Part shown: positions 52,733 to 64,000 of the stretch, in pieces | How positions within the stretch are numbered: position 1 is the first letter of the stretch | Layout: each line of letters begins with the position of its first letter | NCBI RefSeq assembly: GCF_004010195.1 | Contig: NC_057729.1 | Location: 29,349,142 to 29,413,141 of the forward strand | Source: Chiloscyllium plagiosum | Taxonomy: Eukaryota | Length of the DNA: 64,000 nt | Direction of reading: 5' to 3' | Notes under the pieces: generated by a model | Told to the model about the DNA's origin: nothing | What the model saw: only the letters and a program-made list of their open reading frames with translations | Database searches by the model: none | Program-made: the position numbers and the translations under genes

Positions 52733-54518
52733 GCTAGTTCACCCAAAGGTGACTAATAAGAAGACCAGTAAGGGAGGTTAGCTGTTCTGCAGTTTGGTGG
52801 GAATAGGGTCAAGGGAGCAGGCAATGTGTCTGACGGATATGCTTCACGAAGACATGAAGGGAAATGCAAGAGAAAGTAGAGAAAGATGGAAATTCAGAAC
52901 TAGGTAAGTGATGAACTTGAGGAGGTCTGACCCAGTGAGTTGGTAAAAGGGAGTGAGGCAGCACCTACAGCTGATTGGATGCTTTGATCTTAGTGACAAA
53001 GAGATCCATGAGCTCATCGCAGTTATTCTTGGTGGTGAGGATGTAGGAGATGGGGAGACAGGAAACATCAACTATCTTTCTCTCCATAGATGCTGCCTGA
53101 TCTGCTGGTATGTTTCCAGCATTTTCTGCCTTTGTAACTTGCATAGACATGATTGCAATATTTCCCTTTACATTTTCCCTTTTCTAATCTCGAATGAATG
53201 TAGCTTGGCTTTATGGATCAAATATCTTTTTTCTCCAAAAGCTACTAGAGGTTTTAGGCATTTGGCAATTTAATATAGAAAACAGCAAAAAAGACTGTCA
53301 TAATTTGGCACTTATCTCACTCATTAAAGAGTTACTTACATTATTGCCAAATTCTAAAATATTATAAATACCTTTGTACTTTCCATGAGTCAGTGTTTCT
53401 ATACAATGGCACTTTAAAATTGCTGAATAAATTTTGCCCGAGAGCACATGTATTGTGTGAAATGTCTTTGGTGGCAGCTTGAGTTTCTTTCTCATCAACG
53501 AATTGGGATGTGACCCGCAGAAGTTTACATCAGTGAAAAGAACATTTTATAAAAGAAAACATACAAGCTGCCTTTGACCAGTAGTCTTATATCTAGGAAG
53601 ATAGAGAGGCATCTTTGTAACCATAACTATTCCTTTTACAGGATTGTTAAGCAGGGCAATGGAAATCCTAATGTAGCACCAAATGAGTGCTCTGTGAAGG
53701 GAGGGTAAAGCACTGCTGGTTTTGGAAGAAACTAGTTTAAACCCAATTCTGCTGGTTCCATGTTCAGATAAGCATGGATTGTTTTCAATGGTGACATGGA
53801 AACTTGGACAAGAGCCAGCTTTTCATTTTAGTAGGGAATCGTGACCTTGGAGCTTCCGATCTGGCCTGGCTCCAGCCTTCTTTCAGTGGGAGGTCATTTT
53901 GTTTCTTGTTAAGTGTCACATTCCAATAGAGATTACTGGACAGGCTTTTAAAACAGTATAAAGGTATACAAAGAGGTTTAATTGGATCTGTAAGAACTGC
54001 AACTCTAATTCCTTACCACTTTAAAAATGTTGGTAAATCCTTTGAACAATGTCAGTATAACCTACATCTTTATCGAAGGTTAAAAAAGATTCATAAATAT
54101 ACAATAAAGACAGATCAAATGTCTGTAAAGTTTCTCAGCAAGTGGATATTAGCTTAGAAATTACCTTATGTGCTGACAAATACTTCACACAATCACATGA
54201 CAGAACAAATGAGAAATATCATGCGAACAGTGAAGCCTTTGTCTACTCCAGGTACATTGTCTCAAATATGGTATGGATTTTGGATCACCAACTAACTCCT
54301 TCACACTGGCGTCACTAAAACAGCTAATGTCGCTCCCCTAAAAACAACTGAGAATATTGTAATCAGAATGTCCTCAGCAGTGGAACAAATCGTTTTGTGT
54401 CCAGAGGATAGGGAGGACCAAGGAGAGACACATTTTACAGTGCTACAATGGATTTGGGTTTTATGTGTGCACAATGCTTGCTGACTCTTGTCCTCTGGGA
54501 TCAGCCCAAAATGTCCTC

Positions 54519-54524
54519 TTTATT
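54519..54524 (-). terminator. Candidate polyadenylation signal (AATAAA) of the DEPTOR-like gene
   Basis: First minus-strand AATAAA I found downstream of the stop, ~220 nt away. More distal signals exist (e.g. 50216-50221). Confidence 0.3.
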
Positions 54525-54744
54525 TCACATGCTTACTCTATTTCAGGGGCTGCGACCAAGGGAAAATATCTGAATTTTTTCAAAATTCCATTTGATTCGA
54601 TATGATTTTTTGCATACCAGATTTGAGACACTATACCTACATTTTCATGAATAATGATTTCTAGCTTAAAGTATTTGAAGGCATTTGCTTTCTGAGAATA
54701 GTTGTGAAAATCAACCAGCTTATTGCTCAATTGAACACATCTCC

Positions 54745-54870
54745 TCATTCAATTGCTTCCATAACTTCCATCACTAGAGTGCGGGGTCCAGTCATGATAA
54801 TGTTGCTGACTGTTTTGTAGTCCAAATTCATGACATGCCTGCTGTTCACAGAGACAACAAACTGTCTGAC
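54745..54870 (-). CDS. DEPTOR: DEPTOR-family (DEP domain-containing mTOR-interacting protein-like) terminal coding exon, PDZ C-terminus: VRQFVVSVNSRHVMNLDYKTVSNIIMTGPRTLVMEVMEAIE*
   Basis: Acceptor tcttctgttttcctacag|GTC (phase 0), 41 codons plus TGA. Closely resembles the human DEPTOR C-terminus VCQFVVSVNGLNVLHVDYRTVSNLILTGPRTIVMEVMEELEC (from memory). Absent from the ORF track because it is short. Orthologue versus paralogue is unresolved. Confidence 0.88.
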   Translation of the reverse strand, partial: VRQFVVSVNSRHVMNLDYKTVSNIIMTGPRTLVMEVMEAIE

Positions 54871-55639
54871 CTGTAGGAAAACAGAAGATAGATGTTAAAA
54901 CTGTGTCTATATTAATACAGAATGTATGTCAGCTCTCAAGATGCAATACTAAGCTATTTCCGCCTCCTTTCTTCATTCAGCTTGTAACTGAACCCCCACA
55001 TCAGCCCACCTATTGCAATGACTGTCAGGCAGATAAATAGCATCTGCAATATGCTAGACATGAGAACAAAACATCACAGTTCCTTTTACATAACATCTGA
55101 CCGAACAGGGTATTAACCAATCAGATTGGGGCATTGCAAAATGATCACCGCAAGTTCTAAAAAAAGGGTGCTTCTTGACTCCAGGGTTGTTGGGGAATGG
55201 GGTGGGGGGGTGGAGGGTGGAGCAGGCAACAGGAGGCAGGGCATGGCAAGAAAATGTAAGCTTTCATTTCACTTTTTGTGTCAGCTTTGACATTGAGTCC
55301 ACTATTCTCACTTACACTTGCTTGTTTGAACCTGTGTCATGTCAGGAAGGCTCTCCAGTGCATTACTGCTGCTGAGTGTCTTTCTCCTGATTAGCAGGAA
55401 TATGGAAGCCAGTTTAAATAATTAAGGCTACAAGTCACGACAAGATCGAGTGTCCACTGACATCTTGTCACCTGCCTGCCCCCCCCTCCCCCCTCCCCTC
55501 CCCCTGCATCTAAAAGCTGATAGTTGTGTATTGGTTGTTGGTCTGCAGCAACATGGTCCTGCAGCATTGGGTCAGAAGTATTAGGAGACCACCTACCTTT
55601 TCTCACAGTGTTAAATCCAAAGTCACCTGTTTCATACTT

Positions 55640-56450
55640 GGTTCCTTGTCATACCGATTGAGAAGGTGGTGGTGAGCTGGATTGTTGAACCACAGCTGTC
55701 TTTAGGGTGTGGGACACCCACAGCGATATTAGAAATAGTTCCAGGATTTTGATCCTGAGACTGTAAAGGAACTGAGATATCACTCCAAGTCAGGGTGGTA
55801 TATGGATTGGAGTGAAACTTGCACATGGAACCTGCAGGTGGTGGCGTTTCTCTTATCCTTGTAGATAAAAGAAATCGCACGTTTAGAAGCTACTATCAGT
55901 AGAGCCTTGTTGAGTTGCTGCAGTGCATTTTGCAGGTGGTACGCACTGCTGCTGCAATGCATCAACAGTGAAGGGAGTGACCGCTGCAGGTTGTGGATGG
56001 GATGGCAGTCAAGTGGGCTACTTTGTCCTGCATAGCATTAAACTTTGAGTTGTTTTGGAGTTACACTCATCCAGGGCAAGTGGGGAATGTTCCATCACAC
56101 TCCTGACTTTCACCTTGTAGGTGGTGGACAAGCTTTGGGGAGACAGAAGGTGAAGAATTCTTAGCCTTTGACTTGCTTTTTTTAGCCACTATATTTATAT
56201 GGCTGATCCAGTTCAGTTTCTGGTCAATGGTGATCCCTGTATGCTGATATTGAAGGATACAGCAATTATATTGACATTTAATTCTATGGGGCAATGGTTA
56301 AATTCTCACTTGTTGGAGGCAGTTATTGCCAGACACGTGTGACACAAATAGTACTATCAGTCTTGATGTTGTCCAGATCTTGTTGCTCACGGTCATAGAC
56401 CTCCTCAGAACCTGAGGCATTGTGAATGCTACTGAACACTGCAATTACCA
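55640..56450 (-). mobile_element. CR1/L2-clade LINE 3' portion
   Basis: GITIDQKLNWISHIN motif; same family as 26040-27800. Confidence 0.82.
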
Positions 56451-58269
56451 GGAACTTTTCTATTTTTGACCTTGACTCTAACTGAAAAGTTCTTTGTTTA
56501 TATCCATGAACTCATCTTCCATATTATTACTAGAAATTTGATATTTCCAGTCAATATGAAGATTAAAATACCTGTGATTACTGTATTATCCTTCTTCTTG
56601 CATCTCCAACTTCCTGATTTATACTCGATCCAACACTACGATAATTGTTAGTGAACTTATAAACTCTCTTTAGATTTTATGTGATGATTCTTATTTGTTT
56701 AAGTTGGAATAAAAGAGACTCCAGCTAATTTAAATTTAAACTTTATTGATTTATGTTGTTTGGAGATAGAACTCTAATTTTATGAATTTTGTATTTGTAG
56801 TTACATTCTAATATAGCACTATCAAATACCATGTTGGATCATATATTCAAGTAAAATTTCTGATTCATTAACAAAGAACAACAAACATAAGGCTACATTT
56901 TGGAAATATTTAAACCATTTTGAGAATTATCTCCAGATGCGTGTGATCCCTAACTGTATTTCATTACCAGCTGTAAACCATAGTTAGCACACAAGCTTCA
57001 TAAATGTTAATGTAAATATAATATCAGTTGCAATAAAATATCTGGCTATTGAAGTTATTGCTTCTGTTTTTAATTGAAGTACAAGATTAAAACTCCTAGA
57101 GGATGAAGTTCCTAGAACCGCAGTAAAAAATTATACCCTCAAGGATTGATGAAGATAAAATCAAGACACTTGAAGTTTACTACAAATCCGTCCATGCCTT
57201 GGGTTACTGATAAAATCAATGGACTGCTTAAGACTATGATCAAAATATAAATATATTAAATAGTTATTTTTGATACAGATACTGCTGAATGATTAAATGG
57301 CTTGTTAATTCTGAGCCCAGTAGTACTATGTGGTGCCCCACCAGTGCCAACCTATAACAGTTATTGACAGTGGCAAAGTATCCTTAAATCAAGGAATTTT
57401 TTGGGGGGGAAGGGGGTAACAGAGATAGGACATGATTATGGAACAGCAAAGATTTCTTTGCATTTCTGCAAACCAGTACAGACATCCCATGAGAGTACAG
57501 CACAATGGAAGTCATAGTATAAATTGCAGATGCCATAATTTCTATGATGTCTCGAGACCATACTAATAGCATTGGCCACAGTATTCAGATAATTCTGAAC
57601 ATTTGTTATAAAGTCCCAACATCATCCATATAGTCAGCGATGCAGTGGAACAATGCAGCAGTCCCCATAGAGTCTCCCTTCCCTGATGTCACCTAAAGAT
57701 TTGCTATCCAGGAGCCATGACCTGTTAACGTCATACTCAAAAATGGTGAAGTTGAAATTTGTGAACACATGAAAACAGAATCGAATCTCAAATGCAAACT
57801 AGTGGTTTTAAAAAAAAGAAACCCAACAGTAACACAGTTCATACAGGAGGTGGAGCAGTCGAGAGATACAGGTGCAAAGATGTGCATTGAAGCAGATTAT
57901 TAAACAGATGAGATATCTTTGGAAGATAAATGAAGATCAATGATGGATTCAGTGGAGTGCAAAAGAATATTACTTTGCATTTACCATCTTTTGGAATAAA
58001 ATATAATATTCTCAATATTACAGCTTGTGAAAATCCATTTGTGGGTAGCACAAGGTTTTCTATAAATATGCAATGCGTCATCAATGGTTACTACTGAAGC
58101 TGAGTCAAACATATTTTAGGGGGACCAGAGTGAAAATTTGAGGAAAAATATATTAAATGTATAGAAAGACAGACAGCAGATTAGCACAGGTAGTTATAAT
58201 GAGCAAAACACAATGGGCATGATGCCCAAATAGTCTCCTGCTGACACTTCAGAGTCCACAAAACGATAA

Positions 58270-59235
58270 CCTTGTTTTTTCTTTTCCCTTGATTTTACAG
58301 TTGACCTTCATAAGATCATAAGAATTGGAAGGAGTCAGCTATTCAGCCTGTTGAGATTGCTGTGCCATTAAATAAGATCGGATTGTGATCTCAACAAGTT
58401 TACAAAACAAAAATCTGTCCAATTCCTCAGTTTTCTGTGGAAGTAAATTCCAAAGAGTAATAACTCTCAGGGAAGAAATTTCTTCCAATTTCAGTTTTAA
58501 ATAACAAATCCCTTAGTTCGATTCTGAAGAGGAGTTACTAGACAAAATGTTAACGCTGCTTTCTCGCCATAGATACTGCCAGACTTGTTGATTTTTACCA
58601 GCAATTTGTTTCTGATTTCCAGCATCAACATTCTTGGTTTTATTTTTGCCCTAGATTTATGCTCCCCATAAGACAAAAAAAATCTTCTCACCACCTACAT
58701 ATCAAGCTCAGTACCCAGTTGGGGTTGCAGAGCTCCGAAAAGTGGACAAATCTTTTGGGAGAAAAATTAATCACATGGGTGACCAATCAGATGAATACTA
58801 CCTCCAAATGTGGGACTGAGAGATTTTGAAAGGACCCGCTCCTCCAATCATACAAGTTCCTTCCTGTTTGGATTTGTTGCTGATTGGTTCGATCTTTCTA
58901 ATGTCCGTAAAATTATTTGAAGGCTTCTCTATTTTTATATTCCAGCCCTTCTGCAATCAAGGCTGTCATTCAATTTGCCTTCCTAATTACATAGCTGTAA
59001 GCTCAGTGCTACCCCTTTGTGATTGATGTGTAAATACAAATCCTTCTGTACTGCAATATTCTGCAGTCTCTCATTCTTTCTGCCAAATTGGATAATCTCA
59101 CATTTTCCCATATGATATTGTAATTGTTATACCCACTCACTCAATCTATCTATAGCCCTTTGCAGACCCTTTGTAACGTCCACACAAATTACTTTCCTGT
59201 TGACTTTTGTATCATTGGCAAATTTGGCTCCTTTG
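58270..59235. mobile_element. Mixed old CR1 fragments with a PLE pLTR-like piece (~58520-58650)
   Basis: AKFANDTKV...LQRAIDRLSEW on the minus strand; ctgaagag...aaaatgttaac...ctgccagacttg...ccagca on the plus strand. Confidence 0.6.
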
Positions 59236-60039
59236 TAGAGATCTGGCAAAAAAATATATATAATCTGATGAGGACGAAAATAAAATCTGCTTATCTTCGA
59301 AGCAGTAAATGCCAACATCAATGGTTCTGCATAGTTTTGTTGCACAATATAATTGCAATTCATGGATGTATAGAGAGATTTAAAGCAACTGAAATATTAG
59401 ATATATTCACGATTATTTCTTGTTGGTTGTTCTTAAAGTATCAAACTAAAAGATTTGTTTGAGTCCAGTCTTTGAACAGCTGATAGAGGCCAAGAAGAAC
59501 CTTCAATGGCTACAGAGAAATGTCCATTAAAAAGAAATAGATTTCATTTTAAAAAGGTGGAATAATTTTGATTTAAATGCAACGCAATAAAATATATACA
59601 AGCCAGAATACATGGTCACACCTTCTTTAAACCGAATACTGAAAGCCTGGAACTAAAATACTGGTCACCTTCATTTGTCATTGCTTGGGACATGAATCTA
59701 GCTCTCTCTGGTTAATACGAGGCTAAAACAGGTTTGCCTTTGATATTATTCTGTAAGTCCATTATTCAAAGAACCAATAAATAAAACAAAACAAAACACC
59801 ACATCACGCTTGTTTAATTTTAGGGCAATTTCTTTTTATCTTCAAAAAAGAGTATTTTCAGATTGGTTAAAACTACCTTGGTCCTTTCATACCCCAATTT
59901 AAACGTTAAACAGATTTTAAATGGCCAGATACTGCACAAAGAATATCAATGAGGCAATCAATGGAAGAAATCAAATTATAACTTACAGCATTCACATATT
60001 CACAGCTAAATATGAAAATCTGGAAGTTTCTGTCCAGTT

Positions 60040-60405
60040 TGCTGCAATGTTCAGTAGCAGCAGCGTGGATTATCCACAAGATGCATTGCAGAAATTTGCC
60101 AAAAATCCTTAGATACCACCTTACAAACCCATTATCACTTCCATCTAGAAGGACAAGGACAGCAGATACACTTGCAAATTCCCATCCAAGACACGCAACA
60201 TCCTGCCTTCGAAATGTATTGTTGTTCCTTCCTTGTGGCTGAGTCAAAATGCTGGAATTCCCTCTCTAACGGCTTTGTGGATTTACCTACGGGAGATGGC
60301 CTGCAGCAGTTTAAGACAGCTCACCATAACCTTTTCAAGGGCAACTGAGGACAGGCAATAAATAACATATGAGTGATACCATTGCCCATGAGTGAATAAA
60401 CAAAA
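60040..60405 (+). mobile_element. CR1/L2-clade LINE 3' end
   Basis: cacaagatgcattgcag...gtcaaaatgctggaattccctc...gcagcagtttaagacagctcacc...gaataaa tail. Confidence 0.75.
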
Positions 60406-61399
60406 ATGACTGCCCAGCTCCTCCATGAGTTGCACTAGTCCTTTATTGATACATTCAGCATTAAATCAATGGACATATGTGAAACAGGAGCACATTTGCA
60501 AAAAACATACAAGGAAAGGCCAGGAACTGATGCCATCAGGACTAAGTGAACTCTTAACTGTGCATTAAGTCTAATCAGTGAAAAGCAATGGCTGATGAGC
60601 CTGTCCACTAATTGGGAAACCGGTACCAATGCCTTCTGGCCGTTTCCATGCGACATTCAAACAGACAGCTACCATCAGGGTTTCCCGCTCTATTATGTGC
60701 AATTCCCCTCACTGGATGGATTTCCTATCTCTGCAAGCTGCTAGCCAATCAAAGAATGACATCTCCTTAGGAACAGTAGGGTCACTGAGAGTGAGGGTCA
60801 TTGCTCATACTGTGGGAATTCCAGGGTACTGTGATACTTTGGAAATTCACGTTGAAAGCGGCTGGAGTGGGATTGCCAGGACCAGTCAGGGATGAAGATT
60901 CCTGTGGGTCCCACCCTTGCAGCTGGCAGGTCTCTGGACAGTACAGCTGTTTAGGTGGAACTCAACCAACAGGCCACATCTTCAAATGCACTGAAACTTT
61001 TCTGTAAAGTATTTGAATTTACAGTGACTACCTCAAAAGGAATACTGCTTCAGGATTACAAGTTTTAAGACTTATTATGGTGAAAACCAAATGCAAGGTT
61101 GACTAAACATCATCTAGTTCGCGCCTAGAAATCTAAACTACAGAAAACATGATACTTATTACTGTCTTAGAGCGACCAATAACCCTACATCGACAAATAC
61201 TGCGCACACTGAACACACTAATCTGTACAGTTCTCAAAGGGTTCCACTTTCCAACAGATTCCTATCTGCACCCCACCTCCCAACTTCATCAAGTTGTAAC
61301 GTTAAGTTAGCATCATCAAAAGAGCTTCCCTCCGTTTTCCTAACTGGTGAAATAGAATAACAGCACATTCCCCTTTGCTGACAACACTATCTTTTTAAA

Positions 61400-61738
61400 A
61401 ATTCATTTACAGGATGTGGGCATCATTGGCTAAGCCAGAATTTATTGCCGTCTCTAACTACACAGAGGGCAGTTCACAATCAACCAGGTTGCTGTGGATC
61501 TGGAATTACATGTAAGCCAGATTAGTTAAGGATGGCCGATTTTCTTCTCTGAAAGACATTCATGAACCAGGTGGGTTTTTCCAACAATTAATGCATGTTT
61601 CATAGTCATCATCAGACTGTTGATTCCACATTTTTAATTGATTCCAAATTCCATCATCTGCCATGGTGGGATTTGAACCCAAGTTGCTCAATCATTATTG
61701 GGATCACTGAAGTAATAGACTAGCGCTACTACCACATT
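61400..61738 (-). mobile_element. tRNA-derived SINE (DeuSINE/SacSINE-like)
   Basis: Homologous to 35108-35440; GGTTCAAATCCC B-box on the minus strand. Confidence 0.75.
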
Positions 61739-61792
61739 GCCTCCCCAACCTCTCATCTTTCTGAGAGGCCTCCCCAACCTCTCATCTTTCTG
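61739..61792. repeat. Perfect 25-bp direct duplication (gcctccccaacctctcatctttctg x2, 4-nt spacer)
   Basis: Units at 61739-61763 and 61768-61792. Confidence 0.9.
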
Positions 61793-63714
61793 TCCCAGAA
61801 ACAATGAATGTCTATCCACAGCTCTTGCTTTCTTTTTATAGGTGTGAAATATAAGTATATTTTGATACCCTCTGCTGTGCCCCTCTTATCTTCATGGTTA
61901 CCAAGTCACACAGCCCTTGTGTAGAGTAGAAACCATAGTAAATCACATGATCCTTTTCATTTTCCCTTTGCACCTTGAATTAGAAACAATCCAAATATAT
62001 ATATTAATTTTGTAAAACTTTGCATCTGTAACATGCCTGTCAGTGTTCAGTGTTTTTTGCCCATGTGATGTAACTATGCTTGCTGTTGGTTGGATAGCAA
62101 CTATGGGAGGATGACACCCTTAAATTGGCACTTTTTGTTCTCAATTGATCACTGGGCAGGAAGGCTGTCCTCAAAACTTTCCACCCTGAGCTTAAATTGT
62201 GGGAGTCAAGGCGGTATGGGGACTCCACACGACTCAATCCCACCCCATTATACTATCCTTCTCCTGCCTCCAAGTTGATGCCCAGAAGGAGCATTAATTT
62301 TGATACAACCTCTCTGATGTTGAGAATTGACTTTGCATGTGTGAAGTCTCCTTCCTTGGATATTTAATTATTGCTGTATATGTTTTTAAACTTCTCTCTC
62401 CATCTCTTATATCTTTCTATTTTAATCCTACTTTCCTTTTGCTGACATTGTTCTTGCTTCAACAATATATTAAATATTCTAACCTATACTTCCTAGTTTA
62501 TGTTTCAGTGAGAATTATTTAATGTGACTGGTTGAAGAACCCGGTCCACACATGCTATTGTTATCCACAAAAAGCAGGTTGTTACTCAGAGGTTTATGAA
62601 ATATTTGCAGGCATCCAGTAGTTGAGTGACTGGCAAGCACCTTCATCACTGACCTCAATATCCAGGCCAATGTCCCATAGGTTCATCTTTATAAATTGAA
62701 CAGGGTAAATCAATGTTTATGAATCCAAAATTGGACATGGAACATGACTGGTAATGTTTAGCTGTTTTAAACAAATTGTTAGAGTGCTATTGCAATCTGA
62801 AACAAATCCAACTTTCCTTCCAGTATTGGAATGTTACAATATTGTTATTCATAAGTATTGCCAAAAAAAACATGTTGTCAAAGCTATTTGTTTTGAACTC
62901 ATCAGGACATTTTGCAAGAGTATAAATTCTCAGGGAAACCAGTACTTATATACAACATGAGAAGACAGTGCTGACTGGTTGATAATTAAGCTGTGGTAGA
63001 GGCAGTGCCACAATACATCAATTAACACTGCATAAAAATTAACAGCCAGGATTTGTTCAATTTTAAACTAGGCAAGTTGACTTTAATTGATCTAAGTTGA
63101 TTTTAGATCCTGATGCCCTTTCAAAAGAATGCATGCGCATAGTCTGACGTCACCTTCTGCTCCTGTACTCAACTGTTTCTCTGTTTATTTTTCCATATTA
63201 CATTTTATTCCAGTCAAAATATTAAAATTGATTTACATGTTCACTTTTGCATTTTTAAATTTTGTGCCTACTCTCTTTACCTCAAGATGTAAAATTCCTC
63301 CTGATCTATGATTCTGTGGACACCAATTATTCATTGCTCAATAATAGCTACTTAGTTGACTACAAGAACTGCAAGAGTCATAATCCTTCGGAGGAAAGGA
63401 AATTGGGATTAAAGCCATTTATCAATGCACTCAATAGAAATCAGTTTATGTCCACTTCAGCTATGGAGTGCCAAACTGATTTGACTTAATTTTAGCAAAC
63501 AGAGAGCCATGCAAACCACAAGTAGATTTATGGTACTTGTTCCAGCTGCATTTTTGTTGGCATTCCTTTCAATAGCTACACCAAGTGTTTCTAACCTGTC
63601 TAGCAAAATGGATAAGTACTATGTCAGTACGAATGAGTTCAAATAAACAGAATTTTTAAAATCAGAAGATGTGGCAAGATGCCAATTCTGGGTGCTGTGC
63701 AGTTTTATTCTAAC

Positions 63715-64000
63715 TGTAATGAGGCATGGGCATTGCTGGCTCAGCCAGCATTTATTTCCAGTCCATAATTGTCCTTGAGAAGGTGACAGTGAGCTGTAGT
63801 CCAGGTGCTGTAAGTATACCCACAATGCAGTTAAGAATGGAATTCCAGGATATTGACACAGTGACAGTGAAGGATTGGTGATACAGATAAAAATCGAATG
63901 GTGTTCCGCTGGAAGGGGATGAGGAATATGCAAGTAATTGTACTTCCATGCATCAACTGCCTCTGACCTTCTATACACCCGAGGTCACAGGTATGGAAGA
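63715..64000 (-). mobile_element. CR1/L2-clade LINE 3' end
   Basis: Reverse-complement homologue of 60040-60405. Confidence 0.72.

Noticed and set aside
59660-59720. Possible penultimate DEPTOR exon (ATGAAG|gtgacc on the minus strand)
   Set aside because: The upstream translation does not resemble the expected GWGFVVRG...GPAAAAGMK. That exon was not found and probably lies beyond 64000.

Overview
This is vertebrate genomic DNA, most likely from a cartilaginous fish (shark), inferred from HE1/V-SINE-type SINEs, abundant CR1/L2 LINE debris and Penelope-like elements (PLEs). There are three assembly gaps. Two minus-strand host genes lie in tandem. (1) The terminal coding exon of a DEPTOR-family gene (PDZ C-terminus, 54870-54745). 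(2) Downstream of it, the first two coding exons of COL20A1: a signal-peptide exon (ATG at 18798) that splices in frame across a ~14.9 kb intron to the first FN3 exon (3851-3747). A repeat-poor, CpG-richer candidate promoter/exon 1 lies near 34.4-34.9 kb. The DEPTOR-like -> COL20A1 order mirrors the DEPTOR -> COL14A1 order on human chr8, which suggests a retained whole-genome-duplication paralogue of DEPTOR. The main structural oddity is a set of fold-back PLE insertions: one ~3 kb palindrome with RT + GIY-YIG remnants and four 180-575 bp mini-palindromes. Each is bounded by a 10-17 bp target-site duplication, and most carry hammerhead-ribozyme core motifs. Most ORFs in the supplied track are spurious or are TE fragments. 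All family assignments come from reading the sequence and recalling family motifs; no database search was run.
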